A stretch of DNA of 60,086 nucleotides, the filler included, from Trypethelium eluteriae (Eukaryota), in assembly GCA_051942245.1 (NCBI GenBank). It is 3 parts of 3 records of this genome, joined end to end, with 100 filler letters (N's around TTAATTAATTAA, not from the genome) between each part and the next. Parts side by side here need not be neighbours in the genome. Positions count along the whole stretch, not along the records: positions 20,071 to 40,029 come from JAVECL010000508.1; 2 more parts are not named here. One strand, 5' to 3'. Both the position numbers and the translations under genes were made by a program. Shown piece by piece: positions 26,958-37,127 of the stretch (within the stretch, counting starts at the first letter, position 1; every line of letters begins with the position of its first letter). The notes beneath the pieces were generated by a model that was not told the DNA's origin, did no database searches, and saw only the letters and a list, made by a program, of their open reading frames with translations.

Positions 26958-28409
26958 TCACCCGTGGTGGTTGATACTCGCAGTCGTCAACTCCCAGGGA
27001 TCGACGTCCGTCGCGAAGATCGTCTGGTCCTCAGGCCGCACCTGGAACAGCTCGTCGAACAAGCCTCTCCACTGCTCCGGCACCTCCCACGCGTTCTCCG
27101 GGTCCCTCAGGCCGAGACGCAGCATGTGGCGCCCCTTTGAGGAGGAGTTAGTGTACTTGTCACGGGCGTGCAGGACGGAGAAGTTGTTCACGAATTGCAG
27201 GTCGCCCGGTTGGCGGTCCAGCTTGATGCACAGGCGCTCGGCGGTGGCTTGGACAGTGGCCAGTGCGGATTCCTCGGCAGCGGAAGAGAAGCCGGAGTCG
27301 AGGAACGGACGGTAGATTAGTTGAACGATGACGCGGTTGTTGCTGGCGGGGAAGATGACTGGTGACTTGGGCTGGTCGGCGTTTTCTCTGGGAGGGGATT
27401 TCGGGTTAGTAAGTGATGATTTTTTGGGGGTTCAGGGTGGAGTTTGGCTTACTTCGAGTTGCCCCAACTCCAATTCTTGGCCAGGATGCGCAGGGTCTGG
27501 GGGGAGGTCTCGAGAAGCTCGTTGTATATGGCGGGGAAGCTCGCGAGATATTGGTCGCCTCCAATGGCGTCGTCGGACTTTACGTACATGGCAATCATGT
27601 CTCCATAAAATCGGTCGGCATGGAATTTCTGGTGGGTGTAAGTCATGCATGATTATGTAACGAATAGAAGTATCTACTTACCATTCCTTGCGGCAGTTTT
27701 GATGCATTCAGTTCGGCGGTTTTCCTGTCTTCGGGTCTGTGGTCCTTTTGGGCATCTCGAAGGTGACCTAAGCCGTAAACGTCAGGATCAAATGCATAGG
27801 ATATGGATGATTGGGTGAATCAGCTGAAACTTACTCATAGAAACGCCTTTCTGATTCGTCGATCGGAGACATCCCACGTGGCTAGAGAGACCATTGAAGA
27901 TAATCACGTTGTCCTCGTCGTTGTACTCCTCGGGATTGATACCTCGGACGATCGCAAAGCCAACTCCATCATGGGCAATCTTGCTAACAGAACGGAGTCG
28001 GCCCACAAGTGTTTCCGGCAAGGGGAAGTTCTCTGGCGAAACCAGTGGGATGTCGAGACCAAGATCTAGGAAAAAATGAGTTGAGAGACACTTGTCTGGC
28101 TCGTTGTCTTGATTTACCCTTGAAATTTTGAAGAGCGTTCTCAATGCTTTCGATGTCCTTTGAATTCAGCAAGATGATATTGGCAAAGTAATCTTTGAGA
28201 GTGTCGGAATCCCAGACACCAGCAGTCAATTTTCCGTTGGGAAGGGTCAATGACTGGTCTTGGTTCTTGTCCGTACGGCGAAGACTGTCGTTTGCGTCTG
28301 AACGATTGGGCTGCTCCAACTTCGGGGCGGCAGCAGCACCTATGGGTATGCGAAGCTCCTGGGCAGGGGAGGGCAGTGAAGCTGACTTCGTTTGTTGAAG
28401 AGCTAACAT
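26958..28409 (-). CDS. TauD/TfdA (clavaminate synthase-like) Fe(II)/2-oxoglutarate dioxygenase; exons 28409-28118, 28065-27835, 27767-27682, 27628-27453, 27387-26958
   Basis: GVGFAIVRG, HxD motif in KFHADRFYGD, distal His in GDLQFVNNFSVLHAR and Arg in RHMLRLGLRD; four canonical introns keep frame. Confidence 0.88.
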
Positions 28410-30095
28410 GGTGCTTGAATTCTGTAGGCCTGGAGAGATGGAGTCTGTGTTCGTGATGGTGGCTGATGGAGAAGGATATAGATGGAAGGAAGTGGGATTA
28501 TTATAGACGGGGATTGTGGAGAGCTAGAGTGCTCAATTTGGCTTGAAGGATTAAAGCATATATAATGTAGCTACTTAGTTACCTCCTATGCCCTCAGAGT
28601 CATAAGCAACGCATAACGGCGGCCTCGAATGAGACCAACTCCAGGCAAAGACTTGCCCGTTGAGGCCGCAAGGTCAGGGCAAAGCAATGCCACTAACATT
28701 TTTCTTGACATTCGTAAGAACCGCTCCGCCCCGTTGCCCGTCGCCTACGAACTGATTCACAGAAAGCCGACTCAGACGGTGATACTGACGAGATTACTGG
28801 AGAAGGCAACAAGAGGAAAAAATGAAAGCAGAGACCGGCGATTGGGGCGCTAGAAGTAGGCTAGAGGGGGGAAATTGCGGCAGTGGCGATGCGGTCAGAT
28901 CTGCATTTTGCTGTGAGAACAGGTATGCCTTGGTGATAGGGAGTCTAGGGGCCTGGAGCCTGGAAATCGTCGAGGACTCATCTCTGGTGGCCGTGGAATC
29001 CAGGGGCCGACGGGTTGGAAGCCTAGAGCGGGGACGAACAAGCGTGTCTTGACTGAAAGCAGAAGTGAGCAAAGGTTCTCGGTGTCCAGAAGATGATAGT
29101 GCACTGCCGCACTGTCTTGTTGGGAATGAAGTGTTTCAAAAAGGTGAAATGGTCTTGAAGAGATAGAGGGCTGCCTTGTTGTCACGTTAGTTGGAAGGTC
29201 ACCTGAGATTTTGGAGCTACTGTTTCATTAGAGCAGAGGCTGTGTTGCCGGGGCCTCAGGTTGCAGCCTGGGCTAACTCGGAGAGAAAAAACGTCGAGGA
29301 GACGGTGTTGAACGGGGCAGAATCCAGGTAAAGAGTCTGCCAGTCGGTATGGAGAGGTACGTGAAGCAGTGACATTGTCGCATGCAACTCTCGCTGAGCT
29401 TGCTTGTACACGCTGTGTAGCGGTACGGTCAGTACCTTGCTCCACCCACTCCGGCTTCCTCAACCCGAGCCCGCCCGAGCGGGCGACACACAACAACGGG
29501 CAACGACGGGCAACGACTATCTCAATCATTGCCCTGCGCACCTCTCCTCTTCCAACTTCGATACGAGACAGCTGTATTGCCCGAGCTTTGCAGCTCAGTT
29601 GGCATTGTGAAAGCGCTGGGCAACGGCAACGACCCAAAGCGAAAAGCTGACGACGGTGCGTCCCCGAGATTCTCCACTAGGGACGCGCCAAGGTGTGCCC
29701 TTCCTTCAGGTGGGGTCTTGGAAGGAAGCGTGCCCAAGTAACACCTGAATGTGAGGGCACCGAGCGTAGAGTGACAGGTCCATCATCGTAGACAAATTAT
29801 GGGTGAGCAAGAGATTGGCTCCTGCGGGTGGGTAAGTGGACCATTCGAACCACAAGTCACGGCGCTGTCCCCGCATGTCCTAATACAATGGCTTCGCTGC
29901 TATCGCGGGGTCAGGATCGATCGTCAATGGCTGTCAATCTTTAGTAACACTGGATACTGTCACGAAAGCTGTGCCGTTTGTCCGCATGACGAACGCTTTG
30001 CCATACTTAAACGTCATGGCTTCCGAAGATTTTACTGCTGCTCTGGAACCTCCAGCTTTTTTTCCCTACCCAACAACTGACCAGAGCGTGACGAA

Positions 30096-31216
30096 ATGTC
30101 GACCTCAATTGATCTTATTAATCAAGCTCCACAGGTGCGTTAAGCGACAGAGCGAATTTGGAAGTCATGCTAATCCTATGGACCAGGGCACCAAACTATG
30201 GGTGCGAAGAGCTTCGAATGAGCGCATTGGAATCCGCACTGACCAAATTGCAGTTGCTACATATTGGAAATCTTGAAGCCGAAGAAGGATGGTTCAAGCG
30301 TGGTGTACGCGATCTGAAGCGAAATGATGCGAAGTGATGCGTCAGCTTGCATTGCTAATTAGTGATAGGGTGGAACCTCCACACTCTCCAATCCCAAACC
30401 AGATCGAGAGAGGAGAAAGCTAATGGTGATGTCTGTTCTCATTGAGCATCCGACAGAAGGATTGATCCTTTTTGAGACCGGATCGGGCAAGAGTACGTCG
30501 TTCTACTGCGCGATAAGCCCAGGAGACTGAGTGGGGGACAGATTATCCAGAGGTCTGGGGCGCGCCAATCAATGATGTTTTCGCTCGGGTGGACTATGAC
30601 GAAAGCCAGGAATTGGATCAGCAGATCGAGAGGACCGGCCATAGCGTCAAAGATGTCACGATGGTGATCTTGGGACATCTGCACATTGATCATGCCGGAG
30701 GACTAGAGCTTTTTCGCGGAACAAAAGTACCAATCTATGTCCATGAGGCTGAGCTCAAACACGCCTTCTATAGTGTGGCTACTGGTTCTGATCTCGGTGA
30801 GTACTCCGAAGTTCCTCGACACCAAGAGACCGAGTTGACAGAGCTCGTCCTTAGGCGTCTATATGCCGCACTACTTGACATTTGACCTGAATTGGCAATC
30901 CTTTCATGGAGACTTCCTTGAGATAGCTCCAGGTCTGAACCTACGACATGCTCCAGGACATACGCCAGGCTTGTGTATTATGCAGGTGAATCTCAGCGAA
31001 AGCGGAACCTGGATCTTCACGTCGGATATGTACCATGTCCACGAGAATTACGAGGATAATCATCCGCAGGGTTGGCTTGCCAGAGATCATGACGATTGGG
31101 TCCGCAGCAACCAAATGATTCACTTGTTGGCCAGGCGGACAAATGCGAAGGTGATATTCGGGCATTGTGCTGAGACCCTCAGCAAATATCAACTCGCTCC
31201 TCATGCCTATACCTGA
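30096..31216 (+). CDS. Metallo-beta-lactamase-fold hydrolase, N-acyl-homoserine lactonase (AiiA/AttM)-like; exons 30096-30134, 30187-30201, 30254-30304, 30369-30492, 30542-30796, 30855-31216
   Basis: HxHxDH (GHLHIDHAGGL), PGHTPG, bridging Asp in FTSDMYH, C-terminal VIFGH, and VLIEHPTEGLILFETG; five canonical introns. Confidence 0.9.
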
Positions 31217-31505
31217 AAAGGTGGCCATCGAAACCCTGTGAGAGAATGAACCCCACCTCGTAAAACGTGTTCATGCCTTACGCATTTGCAGCTTTCTCGC
31301 GTTTTTTTTGTCCCTGATTGTAGATAAAAGTGCAGTGTCACTTATTGGAAAGTAGTTGTCTTACCTTGACGTTCACCACGTTCTTGCGCTAAGGTATAGA
31401 TGGGGAAGGTTTTCCAGCCAACCACCTACCAAACCCATGCTGGGTATGAACTTTATCCTCACGCCAATCTTTATTAAGACTAAGGTAATGCGATGCAGTA
31501 CCAAG

Positions 31506-31689
31506 TACCTTACCGCGGAGAGGGGTTCCTCAACTGGTCATTAATACAGTGTTATCTCAAATTTACTGTTAGAACCATGCTGGCCCATGTTAAGGCGGCG
31601 TTAACATGGGCCAACAAGCTCGTAACGATATCTTTGAAATAACATTGTATTACTGACCAGTTGAGGAACCCCCCGACCGCGGTAAGGTA
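31506..31689. repeat. 184-bp imperfect palindrome (fold-back element or hairpin RNA)
   Basis: Perfect paired blocks 31506-31518/31677-31689 (13 bp), 31522-31540/31654-31672 (19 bp) and 31581-31593/31601-31613 (13 bp) around a 7-nt loop. Confidence 0.9.
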
Positions 31690-31817
31690 AGTCTGAGTCT
31701 ATCGCACTGCTTCCACGTATTTCGGAGACCTCGGATATGTCTTGTGGAGCGACCTTGTGTCCTGTTGCAGCACGACAGCCCTTTCAATTGGTGATGGCAC
31801 TGAGAAGATACGAAGAA

Positions 31818-32420
31818 CTAATCTTCAGTCTCCGGTGACTGCCGAATAACTGTCCAATATGCGGCTCCGGTAAGGCCGGCAACTGCAAGAGCCAGCCCCC
31901 CGGCACCGTAGAATGATGGTTTGTACAGTTCCCGTTCTAGTGTGCGCATATTGGAGAAGTATCGCGCGGTTCCATAGACCAATGTTCCACTGCCAGTGCC
32001 AATCAGGCCGACCACAAGACTTTGCGTCTCTGTTTTCCGTTGTTTCTGCTGGTGCGCTGCTTCGGGGCTTCTCGGTGCTTTGTTTGGCTGCCAGGTCGTG
32101 ATATCGAGTTGACTGAAACGCTCCACAGCTGACCGCAAAGACTCGATTAGTCAATTGCAGCATAGGTAGAACATCAAAGTGGAGCGGATTGTAGTCATAC
32201 CGATTCCAAATATTACAAATCCAAGTGAAGTTCTCACCCACGACAGAAAGGTCCTTTCGGCCGCGAGATGATCTCGAGCAACCGATCCAGTATTTGTGTA
32301 GACTGGCGTTCGTAGACGAGAGAGTATCTCTCCCACTCTACTGATATATGGCAATTGTAGATGGTGGAACTCTAAGGAAAGACGAGGGGAGCATGGCAAG
32401 GCGGAGCTTTGCGGCATCAT
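31818..32420 (-). CDS. DUF202 (YidH/VTC-like) small membrane protein; exons 32420-32201 and 32128-31818
   Basis: NTGSVARDHLAAERTFLSWVRTSLGFVIFGIAVERF motif; three hydrophobic segments; intron 32129-32200. Confidence 0.88.
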
Positions 32421-32768
32421 TCAGTCTGTACTATAAGCCTGTCGGCTACGACTACTTCATTTGGCACGGAGCTTGAGTCTTCCTCAAGCTTTCCGATTTT
32501 GTGGTTGCACAAAGATTGCTCATGCCAAGGGCCTGGACAACAAGCCATTTGCAAGTACGAAAGTTTCGCACATCAATGCAAAAGGAAAATAATTTCAACT
32601 GGCGATGTACAAGCCGTGGACACAATGAATTACCGAATACAATGTGGCGTGACGTTCTAGGCATTGCAGACGTCATGATATCCATTGAAGCCGGTGAAAT
32701 ATTTCCAGCTTCGTGATAATGAATTGATGTTGTGCAACTAGGAACACACGCTTGGTCTTCCTTCTGTT

Positions 32769-34036
32769 ATGTTGAAGCTGCTTTCAAGAATCGCCACTTG
32801 TGCTGTTAGTTCGATACCATCCTATCGCGTTGGCGCGTCTCCAATCAGGATGGCCTCCGACCAGGCCAACAATGCTCAGTTCGCTCGCTCTCAATTATTC
32901 GATGTCTCCCACATTACTGCAATCGTGACTGGCGGTGGCACTGGTGCGTTTCGCCTCGGTGGTTCTCTACACTCGCCTTGAGTAGCTGCTAACACTGCGA
33001 AGGTATTGGCTTGATGATTGCACAGGCGCTTGTCTCCAATGGTGCAAAAGTATATATTACAGGACGACGGCAAGGAACCCTCAATAATGCAATCAAACTG
33101 TACTCCAATGCTCCTGGCTCTCTTCATGCCTTGTCCGGTGATATCAGTCAGAAGGCGGAGGTGGAACGGCTTGCCAGGGAGGTCGAGGGAAAGGAACCAA
33201 ACGGCATTCACCTGCTTGTCAACAATGCTGGAATCGCGCGTGATGATAGCACGAAGTTCTCCGTCGTCGGCGCTCCTAACATGAATGACCCATTGTCCAT
33301 TTCCAAGCATTACATGAACTCTCCAGAAGACGCGTGGGCAGATAGTTTCAGGACCAATGTCACAGCGGCATTCTACATGTCAATGGCATTTCTGCCTCAT
33401 TTAGCCAAAGGGCACGGAGTCGTCCCAGGCCACACTTCATCTATTGTTAACGTAAGCAGTATTGCCGGTAGGTGACACTGTGATATTGCGAGCGATGCAG
33501 CTACACACGATTGATCATAACAGGATATACGAAGCGGGGTGCTGGAGGTCAATTCGCATATTCAGCATCGAAGGCGGCTTTCACGCATCTGACACGAAAC
33601 CTCGCTTCTACGTTTGTGGGAACAAAAGTCAGAGTCAATGCCATCTGTCCTGGCTTGTTTCCATCAGAGGTAAGCCCGACTTGCCAGCACGCTTGACTTG
33701 AACCGTTGACATTTATTCTGCAGATGACTACCGGGAGCTCCGGTGATGATAATAAATCGGCTCTGGGCCGACCGTCACGAAACCCATCAGGTAATTATCG
33801 ATCTTTGTGCACTCTTCATCACCAATTCTTGCTAATCGATGCCATTTAAGGGAGGGATGGAATCGATTCAGATATGGCCGCAACGATCCTCTTCCTAGCC
33901 GGTCCAGGAGGGGCCTTCTACAATGAACAGTTTCTCTGGCCTGATGGCGGTAAGTAGTGGCACCCGCGCAACACCATAGGAAGTTGCTAATATTTTCAAA
34001 CCAGGAACCACATTGATCAATCCATCAGTGCGCTAG
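32769..34036 (+). CDS. Short-chain dehydrogenase/reductase (classical SDR); exons 32769-32943, 33003-33467, 33524-33669, 33724-33790, 33851-33948, 34005-34036; alternative ATG at 32850
   Basis: TGGGTGIG, LVNNAG, VNVSS, YSASK (YxxxK), VRVNAICPGLFPSEMT and C-terminal PDGG; five canonical introns. Confidence 0.92.
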
Positions 34037-35188
34037 CTAACGGTCTGCATGGCGCGGATCTGAGTCACCGCATCGCGCTGCCCTTTCTTGGCCGGACAGA
34101 TTGTAGAAATGCATGGCGGCTTTGAGTCATGAAAGACTTAACATGTCGAAGCTATCAAGTAGGGTGCCTGAAGAGCCTCAAATAAATGACATCAACATGA
34201 TACCGAAAGGAGGCTTGGAGGTGGACTAAGAGAGCATACCTGCTGACGGACGTGTTCATGACCTCGTGTCACTAAAGTAGGGCATCAAATTAAGATGCCT
34301 ATCTGCTTCTGGCGGATAGCAACGGGTTGAATTAAAGGCAATTAGAGCCTAGACTCACCATCGACCGTGCATGTGAAATGGATCTCTCAGGAACCATCGT
34401 CCAGTGACGCAATGCACCGTCAATAACCGGGAAACTTTTTCCCAGCAAGGATAAAAGTATCATAGGCGAGCTCCGTTGCCAGGCAAATAGGCGTATATCA
34501 AGGCGAGCAAAGTCGGGTCGCTGCGCACTAGAAAGGGCGTCGGGATTGCAATAAACGCCCAACTGGTGGACACCAATGGAGAAGTGGGGCGGACAAAAAA
34601 CGCCTTGGGCTGAATTCGCGAGGGGTTCGCGACGCCATTTCCTCCTCTTGCGACTGCTGTCAACACACCACCCTCGTCCTCACCGACTTGAATATGATTG
34701 ATCTCGAGGAATCCTACCGTGGCTTGGCGAAACGGTTTTGCCAATTGGTCCTTCTAAGAGATGTTCCGTTCCTGCGAGAAGAGGGGAAGCTGCTCTGCTG
34801 TCACCCGCTCCAATATGTGACGCCATTGTGTTGATTATGGAAATGGAGGGTCAGCGGCAAGATTTTCGCTGTCTAGGGACTGGCGGTGTGTTTATACAGA
34901 CTGGAGGGACGCGCAAAAAATATTTCAACCTCTTGGACCACCGCCGCTGTGTTGGCAAAGGCGAAGCTGATTTATTCTGCGTACTTGATTCGATTGGTGT
35001 TTTGCGCACACCGGCTTTTTTTTTTTCTCAGTGAAAGAGAGACGAGAATTGCTATTGAGAATCTGTAAGATAGGACAGGTATCCTTTAGAAGGAATTGAA
35101 GAGGTTCTGCAAAGGTAGGCAATCTTCGACGCGCGTGACCCGAAGTACTCACCTTTCTCTACAGCTAGACATACACTTTGACGATTGT

Positions 35189-35794
35189 ATGATAATGACT
35201 CAACGTAAACCCGATTACAACCCTGGCGATCACGATGCCCCCAGAAACGTATTTCCCGCTCAACGACCCCAGCTGAATGAGACTATTACGGGTCAACGTT
35301 GTGGATGCGCCTGCAATGTTGGAGACGGTGGCAGACAGCGGGACAATTCTGGCCGCGAAGACGAAAGCGGACCAATATTGACTATGCCGTTGCCCGCTGT
35401 CGGAATCCAGCATCCAAGGTTTCAAGATGACTTGGTCTGCGAGGCTGGTCCTGCCCTCATCGACTTCCTGTCAAATGGGACAGTGCCAGTGGCCGAACCA
35501 CAGCCAATCCATATCCGAACGAGATTCACAGTGTACCAACTTGGGCTTCAAGGGTTTTGCATGGAGGGTGACTGCAGCGAACATGTTCAGAAGTTTGACC
35601 ATTCCCACCTCGTCCACACTTTCGAGGATAGGGGGACTCCAGATTCAATGCTGAATGAGCGAGGGACAAGCACGCAGGTCAGCATGAATAGCTCTGGAGT
35701 TCTCAGCCAGCGAAGCGACACTTCCGGCCAGATCCTCGCGTACGTGGGGAGCTGGGCTGATGATCTGGCCGCATCGAGCTCTTCTGCTCATTGA
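35189..35794 (+). CDS. Hypothetical protein (about 200 aa), unsupported by motifs
   Basis: Long ORF in otherwise gene-free DNA; first in-frame ATGs near 35189-35195; no recognisable domain. Confidence 0.3.
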   Translation: MIMTQRKPDYNPGDHDAPRNVFPAQRPQLNETITGQRCGCACNVGDGGRQRDNSGREDESGPILTMPLPAVGIQHPRFQDDLVCEAGPALIDFLSNGTVPVAEPQPIHIRTRFTVYQLGLQGFCMEGDCSEHVQKFDHSHLVHTFEDRGTPDSMLNERGTSTQVSMNSSGVLSQRSDTSGQILAYVGSWADDLAASSSSAH

Positions 35795-37127
35795 TGAGCA
35801 ATGTCGTTCATGTTGTCGGCGTGCAGGGTTGTTGACGGTTCATGGCCCAGGTCACGACTGAGATCAGTCTCACGTCTGTCATGAACTTCGGCAAACCAGA
35901 GGGGGCCATGATTTCTCGGCAGGCAGTCTGACTAGGTTTTCCATTTTCATTTGTGCGTGGCCGTTGGGATTACGTTTGGGAAGTAGCGTATCTAAGCGAC
36001 GGGTAAGCATGGTGGTGCGAGACAGCCCTGCCTTGCTGGTGATGCGAATAGGTGCAAAGGCGTGAATTTGATGCCTTTCTTTGCGCTCGAGGCATCAGGG
36101 ACTGAGGGTCAGGAGTTCTATCTGGTCCAGAGTGCCCTCAGCTGCATGCATTACAGTAGTGTTCTTCTCGATTTGTATTTTTCATGTAGTTTATGTGGGA
36201 AAGCCCAAATGAAACCCAAGTTCTTCACAGTGGAATAGGAGAAGCGGTGAGACTAGCCCCTCATGCCCCTATATCAACAAGCTCTGGACTCTAGGAGATG
36301 CTACTCGGCAAGTGGGTCCAAGCGTTATCGGCGCTGGCAACCTTATTCCTATTGACACGTTGGCCGAGCCCCGGTAGAGCGGAGCGAACAATTGAATATA
36401 TATTTCTAGATGGAGTAGCCAAGACCAGAGCGATGACTGATAAAGCATACGCATCTATTGGCTAGAGACATTCAGAGAATTCTTGGCGGGAACTAGAGGG
36501 TCGAACTCACACGCTCAGTAGCCGGGCGACGAAAAGTGATGCAAGCCAGACAAGGTTCCCACGCGCCAACTTGGCCAACACGAGATGGGATACGCTCATG
36601 TACATGTCTCCCCACCTTCAAGCCCTACAAGATCAAGTACCAATCCATCGATGGGGCGTATTCTGGACCTTCCCTACTCTTCCCTTGCACACGTTAATCT
36701 TGCTGCTGCTTTGACCTGACAGCTTTGTCACTTTCCTCAACTTCCTCAACCACCACAAAACTCGCCTTCGCCACAACGCAACACCTTCAACGTAGCCTCC
36801 TCATTCACTACCACCATCACATGTCATCCACTCATGATTGTGCATCCGTCTTCACCTCTCAACAGGAATGCCAAGGCAATTCGGCGCCTGTCCCCGCACT
36901 TTGCAATTAACGCCATCACGAGTTTCCGACCCTTTCCGAATCATTGAAGCTCCGTACTCGCGCTTGAGCTTGGATCCCGTAGCCAAAGCTGCTGCTCATT
37001 AATGTATGCGCCCGCTGTCACCGCCCACAGGTGTATCCGGCACAGCTTGGTTTCTCAACTGTTGAAGTTCTGAACGCTGACTTGCACAATTGGTAGTTTC
37101 TATTCCTATCTTTATTCCTAAGAAAGC

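Noticed and set aside
36490..36515. B-box/T-arm-like GAGTTCGACCC on the minus strand
   Set aside because: No cloverleaf, A box or acceptor stem.
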